Origin: Malacoraja senta
Taxonomy: Eukaryota
DNA: 64,000 nucleotides
NCBI GenBank assembly: GCA_038087875.1
Contig: CM075995.1
Span: 9,240,001-9,304,000 of the forward strand
Reading direction: 5' to 3'
The stretch's first letter is position 1. Each line of letters starts with the position of its first letter. Below, one piece after another: positions 26,001 through 41,000 of the stretch. A program made the position numbers and the translations under genes. A model generated the notes under the pieces. The model was not told the origin of the DNA. It made no database searches and saw only the letters and a program-made list of their open reading frames with translations.

Positions 26001-29000
26001 TTCTGGACTCGCCCAACATTGGGAACATTTTTCCTTCATCTAGCTTGTCCAGTCCTTTTATAATCTTATATGTTTCTACAAGATCCCCCCTCATCCTTCT
26101 AAACTCCAGTGAATACAAGCCTAGTCTTTTCAATCTTTCCTCATATGAAAATACTAGGCTTGTATTCACTGGGGTTTAGAAGGATGAGGGGGGATCTTAG
26201 GAGGTCAAGGAGGTGGAAGGGCCTGTTTCCGCACTGTATTTGTAGTCTAAAAGTCGGAACTGCACGCAATACTCCAAACATTTGTCTGAATCAGTGATAG
26301 CATTATTTCTTCAGCATCTTCTCCACTTAGTGCCAGAGAAAGTTGATCCCATTCTGATGGCAGAGCTCTCGTCCTGTATAATCTTCTGCTGCCAAAACAA
26401 ATAGTTCATCAATAAGCATTTCAAAGCTGCGTACTCATTATGACCTGCTGTGTGCAAATGCTACTGCCTCGCCTAAGTTGTGACTGCACTCCTGCGCTGT
26501 TTTGATGTGTAAGCTGGGAACTAGTTGCATTTTAATTATTGGTTTAATGAATGATTGTTTATTTATAAAGCAATCCCAAATCAACAAAATGGGGGCTTGC
26601 CCAAGGGAGATTTTGCGTTCAAAACTGGGAGATACCCCGCGGAGGTGAATTCCATCATCTCTGGGCGATGGGCAAGGCTGCCATGCAAATGTGTGATGAG
26701 AATATACTGTATGAATGTCTGGAATAACTTAAATGTTTTGGTTAAGGTTTTGTTTGGACCAGTTCCATCTCTGAAAACAACGATACAATTAAACATTGCT
26801 CTGTTCAGAAGTTCATGTCACAGGAACAGACTTAGGCCATTCGGCCCATCATGCCTACTCTGCCATTCAATCATGGCTGATCTATCTCTCCCTCTCAACC
26901 TCATTGTCCTGCCTTCTCCCCATAACCCCTGACACCCGTACTAATCAACAATCTACCAATCTCTGCCTTGTCCTCCACAGCCTTCTGTGGCAATGAATTC
27001 CACAGATCCGCCACCCTCTGGCTAAAGAAATTCTTCCTCATCTCCTTTCTAAAAGTACGTCCTTGAATTCTGAGGCTGTGGCCTCTGGTCTTAGACTCTA
27101 ACACTTGTGTAAGCACCCTCTCCACATCCACTCTATCCAGCCCTGCTGTGAGTCATAGACATAAGAGTCTTTACTTTTAGTATTTAGTTTAGAAATACAG
27201 TGCTGACACAAGTCCTTCATCCCACTGAGTCACCGACTAGCAATCACCCATACACTGGCACCATCCTACACACTAGGGACAATTTATCATTTTACCAAGC
27301 CAATTAACCTACAAACCTGCACGTCTTTGGAGTGTGGGAAGAAACCAGAGCACCCGGAGAAAACCCACCTGGTCACAGGGAGAACATGCAAACTCTGTAC
27401 AGACAGCACCCATAGTCAGGATCGAACCTGGGTCTCTGGTAACAACTTTATCGTTGCGCCACTGTACCACCCTATGGTGACAAGACAATAGACAATACAA
27501 AATAGATGCAGGAGTAAGCCATTCTGACCTTCGAGCCAGCACCGCCATTCAATATGATGATGGCTGATCATCTAAAATCAATACCCCGTTCCTGATTTTT
27601 CCCATATCCCTTGATTCCTTTAGCCCTAAGAGCTAAATTTAACACAATCTTGAAAACATCCAGTGAATTGGCCTCCACTGCCTTCTCTGGGTGAAGAAGT
27701 ACTTCCTGATCTCAGTCCTAATTGGCCTATCCCTTATTCTTAAACTGTGACCCCTGTATCTGGACTCCCCCAACATGGGGAACATTTTTCGAGCATCTAA
27801 CCTGTCCAATCCTTTAAGAAATGTATATGGTTCTATAAGATCCCCTCTCGTCCTAAATTCCAGTGAATACAAGCCCAGTCGACCCATTCTTTCATCATAT
27901 GTCAGTCCCGCCATCCCGGGATTTGACCTCAGTTCAGTTCAGTTTTATTTGTCATATGTAGGTTAACACAGGGTCAACGGTAAAATGAAATGTTTTTGAC
28001 AAGACAACGGGTCACCTCAGCGTGAACCTACGATGCACTCCCGCAATAGCAATAATGTCCTTCCTCAAATTAGAAGACCAAAATCGCACAGAATACTCCA
28101 GGTGCGGTCTCTCCAGGACCCTGTACAAATGCAGTAGAACCAACTTGCTCCTAAACTCAAATCCTCTCGCAACGAAGGCCAACATACCATTAGCTTTCTT
28201 CACTGCCTGCTGTACCTGCATGTTTACTTTCAGTGACTAATGTACAAGCACACCTAGGTCTCGTTGTACCTCCCCTTCTCCTAATCTGACACTATTCAGA
28301 TATTAATCTGCCTTCTGGTTCTTGCCACCAAAGTGGATAACCTCACATTTATCCACATTATACTGCATCTGCCATGCATCTGCCCACTCACCCAACCTAT
28401 CCAATTCACCCTGCAGCCTCATAGCATCCTCATCACAGCTCACACTGCCACCCAGCTTTGAGTCATCCGCAAACTTGGAGATGTCACATTTAATTCCCTC
28501 GTCTAAATCGTTAATATATATTGTAAATAACTGGGTTCTCAGCACCGAGCCTTGCGGCACCCCACTAGTCACTGCTGCCATTCTGAAAAGGACCCGTTAA
28601 TCCCTACTCTTTACTTCCTGTCTACCAACCAGTTCTCTATCCATGTCAATACCCTACCCCCAATACCATGTGCTCTAATTTTACACACTAATCTCTTGTG
28701 TGGGACCTTGTCAACGGCTTTTTGAAAGTCCAGATACACCACATCCACTGGCTCTCCCTTGTCCATTCTACTTGTTACATCCTCAAAAAATTCCAGAAGA
28801 TTAGTCAAGCATGATCCATGCTGACTTTGACTGATCCTGTCACTGCTTTCCAAATGCGCTGCTATAACATCTTTAATAATCGACTCCAGCATCTTCCCTA
28901 CTACCGATGTAAGGCTAACTGGTCTATAATTCCTCATTTTCTCTCTCCCTCCTTTCTGAAAAAGTGGAGTTACATTGGCTACCCTCCAGTCCACAGGAAC

Positions 29001-32000
29001 TGATCCACAGTTGAGAGAACATTGGAAAATGATCACCAATGCATCCACGATTTCTAGGGACACCTCCTTGAGTACTCTGGGATGCAGACCATCAGGCCCT
29101 GGGGATTTATCTGCCTTTAGTCCCAACTGTTTACCTAACACCATTTCCTGACTAATGTGGATTCCCTTCAGTTTCTCCCTTTCTGCCATTTCCTTGTTTC
29201 CCATTATAAATTCACCTGTCTGACTGTAAGGGACCTACATTCGTCTTCACTAATCTTTTCCTTTTTACAATCGCATTGAATTTATGTATAGTATTATCTG
29301 TTCCGATTGGATAGCATCCAAAACAGCTTTTCAGTGTACCTCACGTGACGATAATAAACTGAAACCTAAAGCTAAGGTACAGCTTTATGTATGTGTCTAC
29401 TGTTAGATTATCCTGTGGCCTCTCCATATGATTCAGTGTATGACCAAGAGTGTGTGGGATTGATCTGTGGACACACCCAGATCTTAGTACTCACTTCAGC
29501 TCACTGAGTCCACGCTGACCAACGTTGTGATAGCACCTGCATTAGTCTATCTTCAGCATGAACCATGATCTGCAGTTCCTTTCATCAGATACTTTGGAAG
29601 CTAGAGATCTTTATGCAGGGTGCCTCGCCCAGCTTCCATGTTCCATTCCCACGGCATTTGTTGCTAAAGATGAGTTAGGGTAATTCGTCTCATTGCAATA
29701 AATGTGCAGCTGTTTCATTCAGCGATGGTGGAAAGGTTCCAATCCGGACACAATGGACCATAAACTCTATGCATATTTGGAAAAACTTTGAAGACTGAAG
29801 AGTGTCCTACTTTCCAGTAACATGTTTACTGCCACAATTGAGCACTGCCTTTGTTTGTGCAAGGAGAAAGGATTAATGTAAACGCATTGAGCCTCATTTT
29901 GCCACACTCAAATCTTCCCGTCTCCAAGCACAAAAATCATCTCAATGGTCCATTGAGAACCAAAGGGAGGATGAAGATTCAATTTGATAACAGTTTCAAC
30001 AATTTGTATCGGCCATCATGAGTGATTGCCAGTTGCATTCTTCAACTAGTCAGAACATCTCTAATATATCTAATAAGACCACGGGTGAACATCAGGAATT
30101 TTAGAGGAACGTGACTGACTTTGGTGCCTTCCCTCACAGTGGGAAACTTTGATTCTGCTGTGTGGGGATGTTTTATGTTGAACTCTACCGTGTGTTGTGT
30201 TCTTTATTTTATTGTATGGCTGTATGGTGATCACATTTCACTGTGCCATCTGGCACATGTGACAAATAAATGTATCTTGTATATTGTATATATCTACTAT
30301 CTGTTTAGTTTTGTTTAGAGATTCAGCACGGAAACAGGACCATCAGCCCACCGAGTCCACACCAGCCAGGATCCCCGCACACGAACGCTATCCTACACAC
30401 ACTAGGGACAATTTACAATTCAACCAAAGCCAATTAACCTACAAGCCTGTACGTCTGTGGAGTGTGGGAGGAAACCGAAGATCTCTGCGAAATCCCCACG
30501 CGGGTCACGGGGAGAACGTGCAAACTCCTTACAGACAGCACCCATAGTCGGGATCGAACCCGGGTCTCCAGCGCTGTAAGGCAGCAACTCTACCGCAGTG
30601 CCACTGGTCAGTTTAGTTTATTGTCACGTGTACCGTGGAACCGCCCAATCTGTAATATATTTAATACACAAGCTTTTAGCCAGGGTAGGCGAATCGAGAA
30701 CCAGGGGTCTGATGAAGGGTCTTGACCCGAAATGTCACCTATTCCTTTTCTCCAGAGATGTTGCCCCTGACCTGCTGTGTTATTCCAGCATTTTAGACAA
30801 TAGACAATAGGTGCAGGAGTAGGCCATTCGGCCCTTCGAGCCAGCACCGCCATTCAATGTGATCATGGCTGATCATCTCCAATCAGTACCTCATTCCTGC
30901 CTTCTCCCATATTCCCTGACCGCTATTTTTAAGAGCCCTATCTAACTCTCTCTTGAAAGCATCCAGAGAACCGGCCTCCACCACCCTCCGAGGCAGAGAA
31001 TTCCACACTCACAACGTAGAAAAAGTGTTTCCTCGTCTCCGTTCTAAATGGCTTACTCCTTATACTTAAACTGTGGTCCCTGGTTCTGGACTCTCCCAAC
31101 ATCGGGAACATGTTTCCAGCCTCTAGCGTGTACAAACTCTTAACAATCTTATATGTTTCAATAAGATCTCCTCTCAAGAACTCCAGAAAATACAAGCCCA
31201 GCCGCTCTATTCTCTCAGCATATGACAGTCCCGCCATCCCGGGAATTAACCTTGTAAACCTACGCTGCACTCCCTCAATAGCAAGTATGTCCTTCCTCAA
31301 ATTAAGGGACCAAAACTGCACACAATACTCCAGGTGTGGTCTCACTAGGGCTCTGTACAACTGCAGAAGGACCTCTTTGCTCCTATATTCGATTCCTCTT
31401 GTTATAAAGGCCAACATGACATTCACTTTCTTCACTGCCTGCTGTACCTGCATGCTTACTTTCATAGACTGATGTACAAGGACCCCCAGATCCCGTTGTG
31501 CTTCCCCTTTTCCCAACTTGACACCATTTCGATAATAATCTTCCTTCCTGTTTTTGCTACCAAAGTGGATAACCTCACATTTATCCGCATTAAACTTCAT
31601 CTGCCATGCATCTGCCCACTCCCCCAACCTGTCCAAGTCACCCTGCATTCTCATAGCATCCTCCTCGCAGTTCACACTTCCACCCAGCTTTGTGTCATCT
31701 GCAAATTTGCTAATGTTACTTTGAATCCCTTCATCTAAATCATTGATGTATATTGTAAATAGCTGCGGTCCCAGCACCGAGCCTTGCGGTACCCCACTAG
31801 TCACTGCCTGCCATTCTGAAAGGGACCCGTTAATCCTTACTCTTTGTTTCGTGTCTGCCAACTAATTTTCTATCCATGTCAGCACTCTACCCCCAATACC
31901 ATGTGCCCTAATTTTGCCTACTAATCTCCTATGTGGGACCTTATCAAATGCTTTCTGAAAGTCCAGGTACACTACATCCACTGGCTCTCCCTTGTCCATT

Positions 32001-35000
32001 TTCCTAATTACATCCTCAAAAAATTCCAGAAGATTAGTCAAGCTTGATTTCCCCAGATTGTGGATGATCAGCCATGATCACATTGAATGGCGGTGCTGGC
32101 TTGAAAGGCCGAATGGCCTACTCCTGCACCCAATGTCTATTGTCTATTGTCTATTAAAACCCTCTAATCCAGACAGCATTCGGGTAAATCCCCTATGCAC
32201 CCTCTCCAAAGCCTCCACATCTTTCCCGTAATGGGGCAGCCAGAACGGCATGCAATAATTCTTATGCGGCCTAACTAAGGTCCTGTAGAGATGCATCATG
32301 ACTTCCTGAGCTGTGTCATGACGTCCTGTATCTCTAAACCTTCTCGAACCAAACTAAAACAATATTCCTGTCATTGTTCCCTAGTTTCTGCAGATGATTT
32401 TCAACGGGCTATGCATCCTGTCAGACATACAGAAACAGGCATCATGGATTCTCTGTCTAAGAGACCTCTTCTTCTCTGTTCTGGTTTTCCCTGTTGGTAC
32501 TGTAAGTATTACCTATTTACATCACTCTAAAATTGCCGTAGGTCTACAAAATGTGTGGTAGAAAGAAGGAACTGCAGATGCTGGTTTACACAAAGGGACA
32601 CAAAGTGCTGGAGTAATTCAGCGGGTCAGGCAGCATATCTGGCGTTGATAATCACAGGAGTTTGGCGGATCAAAGACAATAGTCAGTAGGTTCAAATCAA
32701 ATTTATTCAGAATCAGATTCTCCGATTAAACACTCTGTCATTGAAACGCAACTGACCACAACGGTGGTCTCACAACGACTGACTGGCAGAGCCCAGAAAC
32801 CGCGCGAAAACCCGACCCCTCCCAGAGTCACGTCCGCGCGGTTTCCGACCGCAGGGTTCGATACTGTCGAGCACCAGCAGGTGCCACTACAGGAGCAGAA
32901 TTAGACCATTCAGCCCATCGACTCCATTCTGCCTGTAATCATGTCTGATCCATCCTGTCCTCCCAACCCCATCTTGCTGCCATCTAGATCTCTCGTGCTG
33001 CAGAGAAAAGAGGCAAAGTACTTTGTGTTGAAGTAAAACTTGCTTTATTGTATACCTTATTGAAATCTGCCGGGATTTATTGTTCATGAAAATTGATGGG
33101 AGACCGCTTTTCGGGGCTTCCGCAGCGGCGACTTCTCCCGCCCGAGTTGCGGGGTGGAAGAGCACCTGGAGCGGGGCTTTATCCCACCGCGCGGCTTGGA
33201 ATGGCCGCCGGACTTTGCGGGCGCGCGCCGGGGCTCTAACACCAAGACCCGGTGCGCGACCTTGCATTAACCGGCGTGGCTTTAATGGCCGCGGGATAAT
33301 CACCATCGCCCGCCGGGGGCTTTGACTTTGACTCTGACATCGGGGGGGGGGAGTGCAGTGGAGAGATACGTTTTTTTTTGCCTTCCATCACAGCGCTGTG
33401 ATGGATGTATGTGTAAATTGTGTTGTGTCTCGGGTCTTCTTCGTTTTGTATTGTATGGCTGCAGAAACGATATTTCGTTTGGACCTCAACGGGGTCCAAA
33501 TGACAAATTTGTCCAAAAGACAAATAAATTGAAATTGAATTGAAATGTTACTCTGCAGGATAAAGGAGCAGAGGTCTTACTGTTGTTCTGAAACAAAGTA
33601 AGAAGATGCATTAAAGTCATTGAGGGGAAGAGGGCTCTGTGGTTTCAGAGGGGAAAATGCATGGTTAGGTAGTGGGGAAGAAATCGCATTGTAATCATGC
33701 AATGCCGTAAACAGAGGAGAATCCGGCAGAAATCCAGTTTTAGTTTAGTTCCATTGATACATAAATACATAGACATAGATACATAGACAATTGGCCTCAG
33801 ACAGGCAGGGGACAGACATTAGTTTAATTTGGCCTAGTGTTTGGCGGGGGCAACAGGACCTGTTCATGGGCTCTTCCGTTCAATGTTCTATAAACTTATA
33901 CAGGTCAACCACTGATTTTCCAGCAAATGCTGTCCTGGCCTCCCCTCTCCGCAAGTACCAGAGTCCTGGGATCAAGTAGTGGAACCCCATCAGAGTAAGG
34001 GAATCAAGAACCAGAGGACATGGGTTTAAGGTGAGGCGGGAAAGATTTAATCGGAACTTGAGGGGCAACTTTTTCACGCAAAGGGTGGTGGGTGTATGGA
34101 AGGAGCTGCCAGAGGAGGTAGTTGAGAGACATTTAGACAGGTACATGGTTTAGAGGGATATGGGCCAAACGCAGGCAGGTGGGGCTAGTGTAGATGGGGC
34201 CACGGGATATTTTTAAGGCAGTGATAGATTCTTGTTTAGTACAGTTGTCTGGGGTTACGGGGAGAAGGCAGGAGAATAGGGTTTGGAGGGAGAGATAGAT
34301 CAGCCACGATTGAATGGCGGAGTAGACTAGATGGGCCGAATGGCCTAATACTGCTCCTGTCACTTCTGACCTTATGTTGGTCGGTGTGGGCAAGTTGGGG
34401 CGAAGGTGCTGTTTCCACGCTGTATGACTCTATGACTCTACCCACGAGAATGTGGTGCCGAGGCTGGTTGAGGCGGCCAAACCCAACCTCATTGGGACTT
34501 CCACGGCCAATCGGCGGGTTGAATTTACCCCCTGCTGCCGGGGCTCTGGAACTCCGGCACAGCCAGAGCCGGCAGGTTGGTTCTCATAGCCGAGGGTGGG
34601 CCGGTATCTCGGCTCGCCCAAGGCCGTGACCTCAATTGATCTGGCAAAACGCAGGATATGGCAAGGTCTCTGGAACCAAGGGTGCCGGAAAGTCACTGGT
34701 GGACCTGTACAATCTGGTGCTACCGAGGTACTGATTGGGGATGATCAGCCATGATCACATTGAATGGCGGTGCTGGCTCGAAGGGCCGAATGGCCTACTC
34801 CTGCACCTATTGTCTATTGTCTTTTGCTATCAGAACATTAAAATGTTGTTGTTGTCCTTTTCAGTTCGTTGTCGCATCTTTCTGGATTTTATTTACACTC
34901 GACAGATCACTGGTGTATCCTGAAGCCCTTGATAAATTCATTCCTTTGTGGGTCAACCATGCTGTGGTAAGTGGAAGCATTTAAACATCAGTAAAAAGAT

Positions 35001-38000
35001 AGACTGACTTCATCCATTTCACCACTTACTTTCATCCTGCACTCAAATTCACCTGGACCATTTCCGACATCTCCCTACCGTTTCTAGACCTCACTATCTC
35101 CATCGCAGACTACTGACCGACATCTACTACAAACCCACTGACTCCCACGGCTATCTGGACTACATTTCTTCCCATTCTGCTTCCTGTAAGGACTCCATCC
35201 CCTACTCCCAATTCCTCCATCTACACCGCATCTGCTCCCAGGATGAGGCGTTCCACACCAGGGCATCGGAAATGTCCTCATTCTTTAGGGAACGGGGGTT
35301 CCCCTCTTCGACTATAGACGAGGCTCTCACCAGGGTCTCTTCTATATCCCATAGCTGCGCTCTCACTCCCCATCCCCCCACTCGTAACAAGGGCAGAGTC
35401 CTCCTTGTCCTCACCTTCCACCCCACTAGCCGTCACATACAACACATAATCCTCCGACATTTTCGCCACCTCCAACGGGATCCCACCACTGGCCACAATT
35501 TCTCATCTCCTCCCCTTTCGGCTTTTCCGCAGAGACCGCTCCCTCCGTCCCTGGTCAATTTGTCCCTTCCCTCCCAAACCAGCCCCTTCCCGGGTACTTT
35601 CCCTTTCCCTCGCAGGAAATGCAACACTTGTCGCTTTACCTCCCTCCTTGACTCCATCCAAGGACCCAAACAGTCTTTCCAGGTGAGGCAGAGGTTCACT
35701 TGCACCTCCTCCAACCTCATCTATTGCATCCGCTGCTCTATGTGTCAACTGCTCTACATCGGTGAGACCAAGCGTAGGCTTGGCGATCGCTTCGCCCAAC
35801 ACCTCCGCTCAGTTCGCATTAACCAACCTGATCTCCCGGTGGCTCAGCACTTCAACTCCTCCTCCCATTCCGAATCCAACCTTTCTGTCCTGGGCCTCCT
35901 CCATGGCCAGAGTGAGTCCCACCGTAAATTGGAGGAGCAGCACCTCATATTTCGCTTGGGTAGTTTACACCCCTGCGGTATGAACATTGACTTCTCCAAT
36001 TTCAGGTAGTCCCTGCTTTCTCCCTCCTTCCCCTCCCCTTCCCAGCTCTCCCTCAGCCCACTGTCTCCACCTCTTCCTTTCTTCTTCCCGTCCCCCCCCC
36101 CACCCCCACATCAGTCTGGAGAAGGGTCTCGACCCGAAACATCGGCCCACCAAGTCCATGCCGACCATCGATCACCAGTTCATAATAGTAATAATATATT
36201 GTAATAATAACATGATCACACTTTTGCATCCACTCCCTACACACTTGGGGAAATTTACAGTGACCAATTAACTTAGAACCCTCTCGTATTGGGATGTAAG
36301 CCAGTATCTGTAGTTCCTTCATACACATCCCAACTTCTATGCTCAATTCCCTGACTGATAAAATCAGCATACCAGTTCAGTTTCCCAGTTCAGTTTAGTT
36401 TATTGTCACGTGTACAGTGAAAAGCTTTTGTTGCATGCTATCCTGTCAGCGGAAAGACAATACATGATTACAACAGAGCCACTTTACAGTGTACAGATAC
36501 ATGATAAGGGAATAACATTTAGTGCAAGGTAAAGCCAGCAAATTCCGATCAAGGATAGTCCGAGGGTCACCAACAAGGTAGCTAGTAGTTCAGGACCGCT
36601 TTCTAGTTGGTGATAGGATGGTTCAGTTGCCTGATAACTGCCGGGAAGAAACTGTCCCTGAATCTGGAAGTGTGCATTTTCACACTTCTGCACCTCTTGC
36701 CTGATGGGAGAGGGGAGAAGAGGGAGTGGCCAGGGTGTGACTGGTCCTTGATTATGCTGCCGGCCTTGCCGGGGCAGCGCGAGGTGTAGATGGAGTCAAT
36801 GGAAGGGAGGTTGGTTTGTGTGACGGTCTGGGCTGCGTCCACAATTTGCTGCAATATCTCGTGGTCTTGGATGGAGCTGTTCCCAAACCGTGCTGTGATG
36901 CTTCCCGACAAAATGCTGACTGGTGCATCTGTAGAAGTTGGTGAGAGTTGGTGAGAGTTGTAGGGGACATGCCAAACTTCCTGAACCTTCACCTTTCCCA
37001 TGGCACGGTGACCAAAACTGGGCTGGGAGAATGCAACCTTCACGTGGTCCACCCTGTTTCGACTAATGCAATCTACCCGACGTGCATAAACAAGACCAGA
37101 TAGTACAAGTTGACCCACAACTTTAGGCTGTGCACGCCATACGCAAGAAGAAGAAGATGACCAAAAACTGAACACAATGCTTCCACTGTGGCCCCACCAG
37201 CACCTTATACAACTGTCACATTTTATATCACGTTGGTGCCAGGCATATGTAAGACCATCAGCTGACACTCTGCGGACTACATTCTCAAGAGATTGATTCA
37301 CCTCTGATCCGTGACTTTCCAATAATTTCAACATGTTTTCATGTTCTGACCAAATATCCAAATTAAAATGTAATGGTCCATCTGAGAAACGAAACAGTTT
37401 GGGAGCTGTTTTGCAATGGCTCCATGAACAGGCAATTAGACAGGGACAGCAACTCTTTGAAATTGTTTTGTGTGGGACTGCATCAAGTATATTAACCGTG
37501 AAAGGGCACAAATGCCTGATTTCTTAAGGCAGGTGTTCTGGGAATTGAAGATTCATCTTCAACTGCACGGAGGCTCGGTGGCACAGCGATACAGTTGCTG
37601 CCTTACGATCACAGCGCCAGAGACACGGGTTCAATCCTGACTACGGGTCTGTCTGAATGAAGTTTGTACCTTCTCCCCGTGACCTCACGGGTTTGCCCCA
37701 AGATCTCCGGTTTCCTCCCACACTCCAAAGACGTTCAGGTTTGTAAGTTAATTGGCTTGGTACGAATGTACAAAAATATTGTCCCTAGTGTAGGATAGTG
37801 TTGATGTGCGGGCATCGCTGGTCAGTGCAGACTTGGTGGGCCGAATGGCCTGTTTCTGCGCTGTATATCTTAACTAAAATTAATTATTATGTCAAAAGGA
37901 TGAAGGAAGGGGTCTGAAGAAGGGTCCCGACCCGAATTATCACCTGTCCATGTTCTGCATGGATGTTGCCTGATCCGATGAGTTCACTTTAGACTTAGAA

Positions 38001-41000
38001 ACATAGAAAATAGGTGCAGGAGGAGGCCATTCAGCTCTTCGAGCCAGCACCGCCATTCAATGTGATCATGGCTGATCGTCCCCAATCAATAACCCGTGCC
38101 TGCCTTCTACCCATATCCCTTGACTCCACTAGCCCCTAGAGTTCTATCTAACTCTCTCTTAAATCCATCCAGTGATTTGGCCTCCACTGCCCTCTGTGGC
38201 AGGGAATTCCACAAATTCACAACTCTCTGGGTGAAAAAGTTTTTTCTCACCTCAGTCTTAAATGACCTCCCCTTTATTCTAAGACTGTGGCCCCTGGTTC
38301 TGGACTCTCCCCACATTGGGAACATTTTTCCTGCATCTAGCTTGTCCAGTCCTTTTATAATTTTATATGTTTCTATAAGATTCCCCCTCATCCTTCTAAA
38401 CTCCAGTGAATACAAGCCTAGTCTTTTCAATCTTTCCTCATATGACAGTCCCGCCATCCCAGGGATCAATCTCATGAACCTACGCTGCACTGCCTCAATC
38501 ACAAGGTTGTCCTTCCTCAAATTAGGAGACCAAAACTGTACACAATACTCCAGATGTGGTCTCACCAGAGCCCTATACAACTGCAGAAGAACCTCTTTAC
38601 TCCTATACTGAAATCCCCTTGTTATGAAGGCCAACATTGCATTAGCTTTCTTCACTGCCTGCTATACCTGTAAGCCAACTTTAGAGACACAGCTCAGAAA
38701 AAGGTCCTTTGGACCACTGAGTCCACACCGACCAATGATCACCCCGTACACTAGTTTTATCCTGCACTAGGGACAATTTACAATCGTTACTGAAGCCAAC
38801 TAACCTACAAGCCTGTGCGTCTTTGAAGCGTGGGAGGGAACCGGAGCACCCGGAGAAAACCCACCAGGTCACTGGGAGAACGTACAAACAGCACCCGTAG
38901 TCAGGATTGAACCCAGGTCGGCGCGGACTCAAAACTCTAAACTTTCACAGAAGAATAATTAGCCCTTTTAACCCATTTGATCTGGTCTCATCCAATCACA
39001 AATATTACCTTTCCCCTAGCCATCCTTTTCACCACCTCCTCTCCCAATGAAAATCAGCAGTTCATTTTGTAGACTTAGTTCCACTGAATCCATGCCGACC
39101 AGCGATCACCCCCACACTAGTTCATGCAACAAACTAGCGACAATTTACAGAAGCTAATTAACCTACAAACCTAAGATAGACAAAAAGCTGGAGTAACTCG
39201 CGGGACAGGCAGCATCTCCGGAGAAAAGAACGGGTGACGTTTTGGGTCGACACCCTTCTTTAGACTGAAAGTCACGGGAAGGGGAAACGAGAGATATAGA
39301 CGATGATGTAGGGAGATATAGAACAAATGAATGTAGATATGCAAAAAAGTGACGATGATAAAGGAAACAGGCCATTGTTAGCTGTTTGTTGGGTGAGAAC
39401 GAGAAGCTGGTGCGACTTGGGTGGGGGAGAGATAGAGAGAGAGGGAATGCCGGGGCTACCTGAAGTGAGAGAAATCAATATCCATATCACTGGGCTGTAA
39501 GCTGCCCAAACAAAATATGAGATGCAGTTCCTCCAATTTGCATTTAGCCTCACTCTGACAATGGAGGAGACCGAGGACAGAAAGATCAGTGTGGGAATGG
39601 GAGGGGGAGTTAAAGTGTTTAGCAACCGGGAGATCAGGTAGGTCCAGGCGGACTGAGCGAAGGTGTTCAGTGAAACGATCACCCAGTCTACGTTTGGTCC
39701 GTCTTTGGACTGTGAAGGGAAACAGGAGTACCCGGAGAAAACCCACATGGTCACAGGGAGAACATACAAACTCCGCACAGACTGCACCCTTAGTCAGAAT
39801 CGAACCTTGGTCTCGGGCGCTGTGAGGCACCAGCTCGACCGCTGTGCCACCGTACCGCCATTTGCTTGTGGCACTCAAACCAAAATTAACGTGTTGACAC
39901 AAGGAACTGCAGATGCTAGAATCTTGAGTTAAACACAAAGTGCTGGAGTAACTCAGCCGGTCAGGCAGCATCTGTGGAGGGAATGGACAGGTTTCAGATC
40001 AGTACCTTTCTCAGTTTAGTTTAGTTTACAGATACAGCATGGAAACAGGCCCTTTGGCCCACTGAGTCCACGCCGACCAGTCCTCCGCACATTAACTATC
40101 CTGCACACACCAGGGACAATAGACAATAGGTGCAGGAGTAGGCCATTCGGCCCTTCGAGCCAGCACCGCCATTCAATGTGATCATGGCTAATCATCCCCA
40201 ATCAGTACCCCGTTCCTGCCTTCTCCCCATATCCCCTGACTCCGCTATCTTCAAGAGCCCTATCTAGCTCTCTCTTGAAAGTATACAGAGAACCGCCCTC
40301 CACCGCCCTCTGAGGCAGAGAATTCCACAGACTCACCACTCTCTGTGTTTTAGAAGTGTTTCCTCGTCTCCGTTCTAAATGGCTTACCCCTTATTCTTAA
40401 ACTGTGGCCCCTGGTTCTGGACTCCCCCAACATCGGGAACATGTTTCCTGCCTCTAGCATGTCCAAACCCTTAATAATCTACAATTTACATTGATACCAA
40501 ACCAATCAACCTACAAACCTGTACACCTTTGGAGAGTGGGAGGAAACCGGGGATTCCAGAGAAAACTCACGCAGGTCATAGGGAGAACGTACAAACTCCG
40601 TACAGACAGCACCCGTAGTCAGGATCGAACCCGGGACCCTGGCGCTGTTAGGTAGCAACTCTACCGCTGCACCAACATGCCGCCATCACAAAGGGTCTCA
40701 GACCTGAAATATGACCAGTGTTTTACTCCCACGGATCTGCTTGCATTAGAGTCATGGAGTCAGAGCAGGAAAACAGGCCTTTGGGCCCAACTTGTCCATG
40801 TCCACCAACATGTCCCTTCTACACTAGTTCTCTTTGCCTGTATTTGGCCCAAATGTCTTTTCAATCGTCTTATAGTACATCTCCCATTGCTAGCAGCTTA
40901 TTTCAAATGCCCATTACCCTCTGACCAAATGTTCCCCCTCAGGTTACAATCTCACCCTAAACCCACACTCATTAGTTCTTGACTCGCACACCCTGGATAA

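Noticed and set aside
36603..37511. 302-aa minus-strand ORF
   Set aside because: Chimera crossing unique DNA, the antisense of a ribozyme retroposon and a Rex-type 3' end; no coherent domain.
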